Of a DNA stretch of 64,000 nt, positions 52,081 to 61,603 are shown one piece after another. How positions within the stretch are numbered: position 1 is the stretch's first letter; every line of letters begins with the position of its first letter. The notes beneath the pieces were generated by a model. It saw only the letters and a program-made list of their open reading frames with translations. It searched no databases and had not been told where the DNA came from. The translations under genes were made by a program, and so were the position numbers. Source of the DNA: an uncultured Methanoregulaceae archaeon (lineage in GTDB: Archaea > Halobacteriota > Methanomicrobia > Methanomicrobiales > Methanospirillaceae); contig OY969564.1 of assembly GCA_963701095.1 (NCBI GenBank), positions 416,001-480,000 on the forward strand, written 5' to 3'.

Positions 52081-52112
52081 AAAAGTCTGCAACATATAAA
52101 ATTTTAAATATT
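52081..52112 (+). promoter_or_regulatory. Degenerate shared element plus TATA-like box (site K) before the wHTH-PAS regulator
   Basis: AAAAGTCTGCAA-N12-TAAATATT; AAAGTCTGC is also repeated at 52062. Confidence 0.4.
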
Positions 52113-52203
52113 ACAGAGTTGAAGGATGCTTTGCATTGCGACACCCTTCTCATAAGAGAAGGAATCAGTGCGGATGTAATATTCCCGATTTCGAATTTAA
52201 AGA

Positions 52204-54930
52204 GTGACGAACCAAACTATGATAAATGAATCATATAGTCAGGAACTGAAAAAAATCCGGGGTCTTTTAGTCGGACTTAACAAAGGACTTACGGTTACTG
52301 AAATTTCCCGGAAGATTGGGATCAACCGAAATTCTGTTTCAAAATACCTTGATATTCTTCTGACATCCGGAATCGTGGAAATGAAAGTTGTCGGGTCGGC
52401 GAAGCTGTTCACAATCTCAAAACGGATGCCTTTTACTTCAATTATTAACGTTTCTTCTGATTATATTCTGGTTCTTGACGATGATTCCCGCGTCAGTTAT
52501 GCTAATGAAAATATGCTATCCTTTGAAAAAAAAACACTTGACCAGATCACCGGAATGCAATCTGGTGACCTGGAAGTGACCCGGCTTGCTGATCCTGATA
52601 TCAGGAAATTTATTGAAGAAAGCCTCCAGGGGAAGGAATTTGGAACAGAGTTTGAGATAAGTGGAGGCCCGACACCTTTCTTTTTCAAAGCAAAATTTGT
52701 ACCCGGGATGCTTGAGAATAGCAAGAAAGGGGTCATAATTATCCTTAATAATATTGCTAATATTAATCAACCGGCAAAAACACGTAATTCAGATATAATA
52801 ACTATTCCTGCAGCAGCAAGTCCTGATTTCAACCCTCCCTTGGATGGAGATGGAGCCACCGCTATTAACTATGAAAAAGCATCTCTTTTAGAGAAAAACA
52901 TAACCAATTATCAAAAATATCTTGAACTCGCCACGCAGGGGATCTGGGCAATTGACGAAACATTCCGGACTTCCTTTGCCAATGCATGGATGGCAGGAAT
53001 GCTTGGATATTCTGTTAATGAAATGATCGGGAAATCCGTTTACGATTTTGTCTCACCGATAAAAAAAGAACATGTCGAAAAATATCTGCAAAATCTCCGT
53101 GATAATAAAGATGTGCCGGATAATTTTGAGTTTGAATTTATCCGTAAAGATGGTATCAGAATATTTACTCTTGTGGGGCTCTCTCCATTTATCAGTGAAA
53201 CTGGCAAATTTATCGGTGCACTAGCCACCATATCCGATATAACCGATAGGAAAAGAGCGGAAGATGCCTTACGCAATAGCGAGAAGTACTATCGCACTAT
53301 TATTGAAACATCACCAAACGGGATCTTAATTTTCGATAATTCGGGTCTTCTTAAAATGACAAATATGCAGACTGCAAAATATCTGGGGTATGTCGATCCA
53401 AAAGATCTGGAAGGAAAAAATATCTTCGATTTTATTTCACCTAACGATTTGGAAAAATGTGAAAATTTCTTCAACAAAGCAATAGAAAATCAGGATAGTT
53501 CAACATTAACATGCACGCTCATTAAGAAAGACGGCACGGGATTCTGTGCCGATCTGACTGTCTCACTCTTCAATATATCACTTGAAACTGAGAATTTCTT
53601 TATTGGTATAATCACTGACATTTCAGAACACCGTAAAGCTGTCAACCAGATTAAAAAATCGGAACTCAAATATCGTTCTCTTGTAGAGGAAATCGGATCT
53701 GTCATTTTTACAACTGATATAAGGGGAAAAATTACATATATCAGTCCCGTTATTCAAAAAGTCCTTGGATACTCACCGGACGAATTATTGGGTAAACATT
53801 TTTATGCCTTGGTTGATTCATTTTCACGTCACTCTCTTGGCGTCAAACTCAAGGAGGCCCAGACCGTAAAATTACAGCCTTCTGATTTCCAGATGATTGA
53901 CAAATCGGGTAATTCGCGCTGGGTTAGGATTATAACACAGCCTCTGGTTCATGAAGGTCGGCTTCAGGGGATTTCAGGAATCATTGAAGATATCAATGAC
54001 TGGAAAAAAACAGAAAATGCACTTTTACAATGTGAGATCAAATATAAGATTGTGGTCGAGGACCAGATCGATCTTATTTGCCGCTTCTCCCCGGATTATG
54101 GTATTCTTTTTATCAATCCGGCGTTCTGGAAATTCTTCAACAAAACAGAAAATGAAATACTCGGAACTAGTTTTCTTGATTTTATACCTTCGGATTTTCA
54201 TCAGATACTTATGACCAGTATCGAAAAGATGGATACAAAGAATTTTGTAAAAACCATAGAACTTAATCTTGTCACCCCTAAAGGAAACACATACTCATTC
54301 CATGCGACAATTCGGGCAGTGTTAAATGCCGAAGGAAAATCTGCGGAATACCAGATAATTTGCCGGGATATCACAGATTTAAAAGCATATTTTGAACGAT
54401 CTCAGTCCCTTCTTAAAGAGATCCAGACGAGAGAAATTAAACTCAACGCACAAAATGAAGAATTAAGGAAACTTCAGAGATATACTGAAATTTCTGAAAT
54501 GCGATATCGCGATCTCTACGATAAGGTTCCCGCGGGTATTTTGACCCTTGATATGGAGGGCAGGATTATCTCGTTGAATCTGACTGCAACTCAGTTTATT
54601 GGCAGACCAAGAAAATACCTGATCGGACAGGTTTTTTCGAATTTTATTTCCCATAAAGACTTGGAAACATTCTCCGATTTTCTCACCTCCCTGTTCCGTA
54701 TGCATAAAAAACAGACTTGTGAAATTTGCCTGAACGGGTCCGGTGATTTGCCCCTTATGATTAAAATTGACGGCTATGTCACTGATGACATCATTGGTGG
54801 ATCCCCCCAGTGTCAGATGGTATTCACGGATATTTCAGAATTTAATTTACTGGAGAACAGAATTAAAAATAATAAAATCTCTTTTGACGCAAAAACGGAT
54901 CAGTTTGAGGAATTAGAGATTCCAAGGTGA
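52204..54930 (+). CDS. Winged-HTH / multi-PAS (about six) one-component regulator, no kinase domain
   Basis: KGLTVTEISRKIGINRNSVSKYLDIL HTH homologous to that of 1626..3302; repeated PAS/PAC; no H-box or HATPase. Confidence 0.88.
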   Translation: MTNQTMINESYSQELKKIRGLLVGLNKGLTVTEISRKIGINRNSVSKYLDILLTSGIVEMKVVGSAKLFTISKRMPFTSIINVSSDYILVLDDDSRVSYANENMLSFEKKTLDQITGMQSGDLEVTRLADPDIRKFIEESLQGKEFGTEFEISGGPTPFFFKAKFVPGMLENSKKGVIIILNNIANINQPAKTRNSDIITIPAAASPDFNPPLDGDGATAINYEKASLLEKNITNYQKYLELATQGIWAIDETFRTSFANAWMAGMLGYSVNEMIGKSVYDFVSPIKKEHVEKYLQNLRDNKDVPDNFEFEFIRKDGIRIFTLVGLSPFISETGKFIGALATISDITDRKRAEDALRNSEKYYRTIIETSPNGILIFDNSGLLKMTNMQTAKYLGYVDPKDLEGKNIFDFISPNDLEKCENFFNKAIENQDSSTLTCTLIKKDGTGFCADLTVSLFNISLETENFFIGIITDISEHRKAVNQIKKSELKYRSLVEEIGSVIFTTDIRGKITYISPVIQKVLGYSPDELLGKHFYALVDSFSRHSLGVKLKEAQTVKLQPSDFQMIDKSGNSRWVRIITQPLVHEGRLQGISGIIEDINDWKKTENALLQCEIKYKIVVEDQIDLICRFSPDYGILFINPAFWKFFNKTENEILGTSFLDFIPSDFHQILMTSIEKMDTKNFVKTIELNLVTPKGNTYSFHATIRAVLNAEGKSAEYQIICRDITDLKAYFERSQSLLKEIQTREIKLNAQNEELRKLQRYTEISEMRYRDLYDKVPAGILTLDMEGRIISLNLTATQFIGRPRKYLIGQVFSNFISHKDLETFSDFLTSLFRMHKKQTCEICLNGSGDLPLMIKIDGYVTDDIIGGSPQCQMVFTDISEFNLLENRIKNNKISFDAKTDQFEELEIPR

Positions 54931-54937
54931 TGAAATT

Positions 54938-56263
54938 TTGAAGACAGCCAAAATCAAATATCCGTCAACCAACTTTGTGCTGTGGATATCACTTATTTTA
55001 CTTGTCGCTCCTACTATGGCCATGACTCCCGTCTGGACGTATTCATATCCTTCCGCGAAAATCGGGAGTGTTGCCATTTCTTCGGATGGAAATTCTATTG
55101 TTGTGGGTTCTGGGCTTTTGTATATCCTTTCTCATGATGGTCAGCTTCAGGCAACTCAACCGTACGGCGATAACGTTGCTATGACTCCTGATGGCTCAAC
55201 AATCGTTTCGTCGTTTGGTCCTACAGTTTATTTATTTAAGCAAAATTTTACAAGAAATCCCAAGATATTTTCAAGTATTCACGAAATCTGGGAGACACAA
55301 CTCCTGAATCCCATATCTTCTTTAAGTATATCCGATAATGGAAAAATGGTAACTCTTTCCACGCAAGGATCTGGCCTTCTGGAGGTTTATTCCTCTAAAG
55401 GCGGTCTTATCGGTTACAATAATCAGAGTTACTATCCTGTCGTCAAGATTTCATCTGACGGGCAGGTTATTGTCGGACTCTCCCAAACGGCAATGACCGT
55501 TGTCGACAAATACGGGCGTTCTAAAGTGTACTTCAATTTATCTGTCGTTTCCGATCCGACGGTAATGGCCTTGACATCCGATGGAGATGCAGTTTTCTTC
55601 AATGATGATCAACGAGTCTGGTGTGCATCGACAAAATCGAACGGATCAGCAATCTGGTCTTCGTTGCTACCCGGGGATATAAACGCTCTCGCTGTAACAC
55701 CAAGCGGATCGGATATTTTCATTGGAACCGATAATGGATATGTGGACCATTTTGACAAAAATGGAAACCTTACCTGGGAATATAACATAAATCAGAATGG
55801 AACTCGTGGATCCATGGTTCAAAGTGTAGCTGTGTCGGATAATGGTGCGAACGTTATTGCCGGAACGTATGATGGTAAAACGCTCATGTTTTCTTCGGAT
55901 GGTGATCTGTTATGGTCCAACCAGACAAACGATCATATCCATCACGTAGTATTAACCGGGGACGGCTCTTTTGCAATAGCAACCGGTGATTACACGGTGT
56001 ATGCCTATCAATCGGTAAGTTCAGGAGCGAGCCCCTCAACGGCCTCGACTGTGGTCTCGACCCTAACACCTGGTGAAGATAATCCGCCTGTATCTGATTA
56101 CGGTTCAGGACCTGCGGATAATAGCACAGTGGTCCCTACGCCGGTTTCACAGGATCTATCACAGTATTCTACTATTCAGACTGCACAGGGAAGTCCCTTG
56201 TCCCCCGTGACTGGATACATTGCGATCATAGTCATAATAGTATTAATTCGGAGAAAGGGGTAA
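54938..56263 (+). CDS. Secreted WD40/PQQ-like beta-propeller protein
   Basis: Repeated VA.S.DG..I..G motifs; signal peptide; GSPL plus TM plus RRK tail. Confidence 0.85.
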   Translation: MKTAKIKYPSTNFVLWISLILLVAPTMAMTPVWTYSYPSAKIGSVAISSDGNSIVVGSGLLYILSHDGQLQATQPYGDNVAMTPDGSTIVSSFGPTVYLFKQNFTRNPKIFSSIHEIWETQLLNPISSLSISDNGKMVTLSTQGSGLLEVYSSKGGLIGYNNQSYYPVVKISSDGQVIVGLSQTAMTVVDKYGRSKVYFNLSVVSDPTVMALTSDGDAVFFNDDQRVWCASTKSNGSAIWSSLLPGDINALAVTPSGSDIFIGTDNGYVDHFDKNGNLTWEYNINQNGTRGSMVQSVAVSDNGANVIAGTYDGKTLMFSSDGDLLWSNQTNDHIHHVVLTGDGSFAIATGDYTVYAYQSVSSGASPSTASTVVSTLTPGEDNPPVSDYGSGPADNSTVVPTPVSQDLSQYSTIQTAQGSPLSPVTGYIAIIVIIVLIRRKG

Positions 56264-56391
56264 CAGGTCTCTAAATTGGAAATTATTAATGCGATTTAAT
56301 TCTATAATGGTGATTATTCAGAAATGATTGTTTCAAAAATAAAATAGTTTAATTGACTTTTATTACCTGTGTAAGCCAGGCATTTTTCTGA

Positions 56392-56898
56392 TTATGAACT
56401 ACCAGAAGTATTACTAATATTCCTCATGACGATGTTCAGGTTTGATTGAGCATCGGAATATTCAGGGGCAATTTGGAGGGCCTTTTCGAAGGAATCACGA
56501 GCTCCCGTATAATTTCCCATGTCCATTAATGCAACACCCCTGCTGTTCCATACATCCGCAAGATCACTTTCTATGGCAAGAGCAGAGTTAAACGATGATA
56601 CCGCAGCGGATGTTTGGTTCAATGCCATAAAGGCATTTCCTTGGTCTACCCATGTTCGTGCGTTCGTTGGATCTAACGCAAGGGATTGATTGTAGAATCC
56701 AATTGCAGTAGCGTAATCTCCCATGACGTATGCATTAAAACCGCTGGTGTGCAGGGTGACAGCGTCTGAAACGGCCGGCGTCGTCGGTTGAGTCATCTGT
56801 TGGGTTTCTTGTGATACCGAATTGTTGTTTACGCAGCCGCACACTATAACCACAACAAGGATTAGCGCCGTAATTACCACGAATCTTTTAAAGGACAT
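56392..56898 (-). CDS. TPR-repeat lipoprotein
   Basis: VCGC lipobox-like motif; three TPR motifs (W...G.AL...G.Y..A...F.KAL...P). Confidence 0.85.
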   Translation of the reverse strand: MSFKRFVVITALILVVVIVCGCVNNNSVSQETQQMTQPTTPAVSDAVTLHTSGFNAYVMGDYATAIGFYNQSLALDPTNARTWVDQGNAFMALNQTSAAVSSFNSALAIESDLADVWNSRGVALMDMGNYTGARDSFEKALQIAPEYSDAQSNLNIVMRNISNTSGSS

Positions 56899-57046
56899 AG
56901 TAGTTTCAATTCATCGCAAAAATGATAAAGTTTTGTATGGAAAGGAAATATATTTCAAACAACTTGAAAAATATCTTCTAATCACAAAATTTTTTTATTT
57001 TCGAAAATGCATCAAGATGATCGAACGTTGAATAATTTAAAAAAAT

Positions 57047-57712
57047 TTAGTATTCACTCCGCCGCTTTAAGACGTAGACTATGAACACCATGCCTAAGAC
57101 CATAGCTATTGGCAAGCCTACGGTGGGGAATTCAGGCACATACGGTATTTGCCGGACCGGGATAAGGCTGTCTTGATAACTAACTGAATCCCAGAGGATT
57201 ACACCGTACCACTGTCCCGCACTTGGAACGAATGACGAGTGCGATATTGCGTTGGTCACCAATGTGCTAACGGCGCTCTTTTCTCCGGGTGAAACAGGAC
57301 CTCCAGAAATTGATGTCCAATAAGCATTAGGTCCACCATTACCGAGTTGCCATATTGCACTCTGGATGGTATACTTGTCATTTGATCCCTCATTGTTCAG
57401 AATCCAGTTAATAGCCCCCCAATTGGCAGTAGGTACCTGAGATGGAACTAAACCTAATGTTGAATAAACATTCCATGTTTCTTTGTCCCCGTTTTGCAGG
57501 ACGTCTACCCTATCACTGCACCACGAGACGTATAGCGGCGGTGAATTGGGAAGATCTCCAGTTCCTCCTGATATGATGTTAACTTGCGCGTATCCAAAGA
57601 GTGATGTAGGATACGTCACCATACCGTACACCGTTGTTGGTAACGCTGCCGAGGCTACAGAAACCAAGGCAACTAATCCAACAAGCATAGCCAAGATAAG
57701 GACTTTTCTCAT
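57047..57712 (-). CDS. PEF-CTERM surface protein with putative thioester (TED-like) domain
   Basis: Signal peptide; single Cys in WCSD; IQSAIW; YQDSLI; VPEFPT plus TM plus KRR. Confidence 0.85.
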   Translation of the reverse strand: MRKVLILAMLVGLVALVSVASAALPTTVYGMVTYPTSLFGYAQVNIISGGTGDLPNSPPLYVSWCSDRVDVLQNGDKETWNVYSTLGLVPSQVPTANWGAINWILNNEGSNDKYTIQSAIWQLGNGGPNAYWTSISGGPVSPGEKSAVSTLVTNAISHSSFVPSAGQWYGVILWDSVSYQDSLIPVRQIPYVPEFPTVGLPIAMVLGMVFIVYVLKRRSEY

Positions 57713-57841
57713 ACAAGCATTCCTCCTTTTTTCAAAATGATATCCAGTCGGGAGATATTATAAATAAATGCGAAGCACAGAAGCAATGCAGATCTTTTTT
57801 GTGATTTGAAAATTGTTCAGAACCATTAAAAGAGAAAAAAA

Positions 57842-58503
57842 TTAGATTTCACTCCGCCGCTTTGCGACGTACACTGTGAATACCATGCCCAACACCATAG
57901 CTCACCGGCAATCCGACGGTTGGGAATTCAGGGTACTGGCGGTGGTGTTTTTGGGACCGGGAGAGGGATAAGAATATCTTGAGTGGTTTTTGAATCCCAG
58001 AGGATTACACCGTACCACTGTCCCGCACTTGGAACGAATGAAGCATGTGATAATGCAGTGGTTACCAATGTGCTTACAGCAGCCTTTTCAGCGGGAGTAA
58101 CTGGAGACCAATAGGCGTGAGGTCCACCATTACCAAGTTGCCATATTGCGCTCTGGACGACGTGCTCGTCGTTCGACCCTTCGTTGTTCAGTATCCAGTT
58201 AATAGCGCCCCAATTGGCAGTAGGTACCTGAGATGGAACGACACCCAATGTTGAATAAACATTCCATGTTTCAACCTTTGCATTTTGCAGGACACCTTCT
58301 TTGTCAACGCACCAGCCAGGGTATAGTGGCGGTGAATTGGCAAGATCTGCATTTCCTCCTGATATAACATCAAATTTCACATACCCAAAGAGTGATGAAG
58401 GGTACGTTGCTTTACCAGTCACAGTCGTTGGTAACGCTGCCGAGGCTACAGAAACCAAGGCAACTAAGCCAACGAGAATGGCCAAAATAAGGACTTTCCT
58501 CAT
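57842..58503 (-). CDS. Tandem paralog PEF-CTERM/TED-like protein; two apparent +1 frameshifts in the tail (about 57931 and 57903)
   Basis: WCVD, VQSAIW, TQDILI; correction restores VPEFPTVGLPVAMVLGMVFTVYVAKRRSEI*. The promoter region is also duplicated. Confidence 0.82.
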
Positions 58504-58792
58504 ATAAGCATACCTCCTTTTAACAAATTGATAACCTTCCGGAGATATTATAAATAAATGCGATGCAGCGATGCATGGCATCTGGTTCCATGAATGTAAT
58601 TTATATGCTCCTTGAGGGAAGACGGCATGTTTGTAAAGGAAATAAAGGCGATATAAACGATTACTTCAGCCGGTCGACAAGCGAGTGAAAGCGAAGATAG
58701 TATTGCTTGCCCGGCTCTCTTCAGTTTTTTCGCTACACTAGGCGAGTCATTCTATAATAAAAATATTTTTCAAATAACCGAAGATTTCGATC

Positions 58793-59830
58793 TTACGATA
58801 AATCAAGCTCGTTATTTTGCTTCAATGCATGGTATATACTTGACATAAGATTATTTATTGGTGACAACCACTTCAACTGATAATAGGGAACGGTAGTTCC
58901 GTTGAATTTTCTTTTGAAAGGAAACAGGGAATAATCATCGGCACCCAGGATCTGAAAGACCTTATAGTGATTATCCGCACTCCACCGTATTGCTTCCCAG
59001 AGGAGCAATTCATTGGGACTCAGCCCTTTGAATAAACATTTCGGAGCGCCAATCCAGAAACTCACCATATCTTTATATGCAATTGTTATTATTCCACTGA
59101 GACGTTCTGATCCAGCTCGTGCAATGAATACTTTTATATGGTCCGGTGAAAAAAAAGTAAAAAGTTCGGAAAGGTAGTCTTCTGGAGAATGGATTCTGTT
59201 TCTTTTTGCGAGCATATCACGGATGAAGAACGCATCTTCTCTTGTTCCATCAGAAACGGTAATTCCTTCTTTTTTTGCTTTTTCAATATAATATCTCAGA
59301 CTTCTGTTGAAATTTTTTAAAATATTGTCTGATCCGCACGTAAGATCGATATGATAGGTGTATCGTGGGGTTGCAGAATACCCGCCCCATTTGAATAATC
59401 TGCAATCACTAAACCCCGGGGGAGTATTAATCTGAATATAATTCGCTTTCAGATTTTTTTTAATGAATCTGTCTGCCTGTATCTGCAAATCCTGGAGGAA
59501 CATTTGTTTCTTTTCTTGTTTCATGGTTTCAAGATCGGGGATAAGAGGACCGAGGTATAACAAGTCTATATTCGAAGGAGGGGAATAACAAAAGGTGCTC
59601 ATGGGAGTTTTAAAAAGATACAGTGGATAAATCCCTACAATTATTTCGTTTTGTGTGATAAACAAGGGAAAAAATTGAGCATTGAACTTGAAACCGGCAA
59701 TTTTTATAACCGAATATTTTTCCAGAAGTTTCAGCCATTTCCATGTATAAAATAATGTACCGTTTGGGGACCTGTCAACTATTGTGTCCCACTGTTGAGA
59801 ATCATTTTCTTCACCAATTATTAATTTCAT
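58793..59830 (-). CDS. FemAB-like / GNAT acyltransferase domain protein
   Basis: W...V..SPNGT.F..W.WL, TY.IDL, R..I.KA.K.G, PNELL.WEAI.W and FK.KF.G motifs. Confidence 0.85.
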   Translation of the reverse strand: MKLIIGEENDSQQWDTIVDRSPNGTLFYTWKWLKLLEKYSVIKIAGFKFNAQFFPLFITQNEIIVGIYPLYLFKTPMSTFCYSPPSNIDLLYLGPLIPDLETMKQEKKQMFLQDLQIQADRFIKKNLKANYIQINTPPGFSDCRLFKWGGYSATPRYTYHIDLTCGSDNILKNFNRSLRYYIEKAKKEGITVSDGTREDAFFIRDMLAKRNRIHSPEDYLSELFTFFSPDHIKVFIARAGSERLSGIITIAYKDMVSFWIGAPKCLFKGLSPNELLLWEAIRWSADNHYKVFQILGADDYSLFPFKRKFNGTTVPYYQLKWLSPINNLMSSIYHALKQNNELDLS

Positions 59831-59944
59831 GTCCGTGTATGTTATGCAATTAGATATTAATTTATTGTCATCCTGTAATCCAAGTTTTATAATACGACAA
59901 TCAATTGAAATAAAAATAATTACATATCTTTATTCCGGCGACGA

Positions 59945-61405
59945 TTACTTTGAAATAATTCTATTCACAAATTTTAGCAATCCGTTCCTTAGACTTATAT
60001 CCTGGTAAAGAATGACCGCATAGTAAACAACGGATACGATTACAATAATAATCATGATAATCACAGAGGAAAGAGAAAGAAGCATCGCAACGAATAGGGG
60101 TATGCAAACGATCGATCCAAACAATAGATAATACCCTATATCATACAACATATCTCTCCACGAAACCTCGGCAATATTTAACGAATATATGTTCATCCAT
60201 CCTCCGAGAGCGGTTCCCGCGAGTGAAAGAAGTATCATGCTCATAATTGGACTATGCATTACCCCTCCTATAATAAGAGCGGAAGCACTCAAAACAAGGA
60301 GTGAAAGATTAAACCATAGAGTAACGGCCTGCTTTCCGAGAACCTGATAAATATAATACAGGGGAATCGAAACAAAGCTCATAAAAAAACTCGGCGCTAA
60401 AATTTGTGCGTACTGTCCTGCAGTAGCCCATCGCGTTCCCAAGACAAATGAGAAAATCACCGGTCCTGCTATAACCAGAATCAGGCAGATGAATATGCCA
60501 AAAGAGATCAACCTTTTGAGTACCGCTTTCACGACGTTTTTAATCCCTCCTGTAAGATTTTTCTCGAGGCATGCCTGCTGGAAAAAAACGGTACCGATTG
60601 AAGTTCCAACTAGTTTGGAAGGTAATCTTAATGCTATATAGGACATGGCATAATATCCGACTATTTCCGGAGAAAAATTAAGAGCGAGCAAAAAAGGAAT
60701 AAATTGAATTACGACGTTTGCTGCCAGATCTGATCCAAAACTGTATTGAGGAAATTTTTTATAATATATCATTAATTTTTTTATCTTCTGGAAAGATGTA
60801 TGATAGAAGAGAGAGAAATCTTCACTGATTTTTTTCAACAGCATAATAGCTATTGTCGCATCATTAATCATCGATCCAAGAATAAGGCCAAAAGGGGTTG
60901 ATTTCAGAATCCCATAACCGATTGAAAACCCCTTACCTGTAAATGAACTTACTACATTCGCGGAAGCAAGGGCATTATATTGTTCCTGTCTTGAGATCCA
61001 AAAACCAAGTACATAGGCATAACCGCTGAAAATGATTGCAAACGGCAGAAGTGGTAGATAACGAGATAATGTAGGGGCGTTTAATTCTTTTTCTATAGTG
61101 CCGGAAAAGAGAAAGAAGCAAAGCGTGGTAATAAATGATATAATTGTAATAAGAGACAAACATAAGATGACGACGTTTGCTGCATCCTCCTTTTTTTCCG
61201 GTAAAACTATTGCATAATAATAGGAAAAACATGCAAGAGGCGCTATAAGGCTGACAATGGAGAGAAATATCTGGAATATTCCAAAATCTGATGGGGAGTA
61301 AATCCGTGCAAGGATCGGAGTCGCTATTAACCCGAGTATCTGCCCCACAAGAGTTGATGAAGATAATTTTAACATGTTTGAAAGAAATTTTGACATCGGA
61401 CCCAA
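59945..61405 (-). CDS. Wzx-like oligosaccharide flippase
   Basis: PILARIYSPSDFG motif; 12-14 TM helices; W..AG.Y..IL motif. Confidence 0.9.
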   Translation of the reverse strand: MGPMSKFLSNMLKLSSSTLVGQILGLIATPILARIYSPSDFGIFQIFLSIVSLIAPLACFSYYYAIVLPEKKEDAANVVILCLSLITIISFITTLCFFLFSGTIEKELNAPTLSRYLPLLPFAIIFSGYAYVLGFWISRQEQYNALASANVVSSFTGKGFSIGYGILKSTPFGLILGSMINDATIAIMLLKKISEDFSLFYHTSFQKIKKLMIYYKKFPQYSFGSDLAANVVIQFIPFLLALNFSPEIVGYYAMSYIALRLPSKLVGTSIGTVFFQQACLEKNLTGGIKNVVKAVLKRLISFGIFICLILVIAGPVIFSFVLGTRWATAGQYAQILAPSFFMSFVSIPLYYIYQVLGKQAVTLWFNLSLLVLSASALIIGGVMHSPIMSMILLSLAGTALGGWMNIYSLNIAEVSWRDMLYDIGYYLLFGSIVCIPLFVAMLLSLSSVIIMIIIVIVSVVYYAVILYQDISLRNGLLKFVNRIISK

Positions 61406-61603
61406 TCTTATAATATTACTCAGGAATAAAAATATTATGGAATGCCATAGATCGGAGCGAAAGAGTCAACCCCGATGATATTCTGCAAACACTATATCTT
61501 AGGTACCTCGGCGGTTACATAATTGGGATAGATGAATATAATTTTTTATAATTGTGTCCTTCCGGTTTACTAACTATTAAATAAATTCAAGTGATAATAA
61601 GGA

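Noticed and set aside
58674..58730. Hairpin (AGCCGG...CCGGCT) followed by a T-run as an sRNA
   Set aside because: A single imperfect stem with no other support; could be a terminator or chance.
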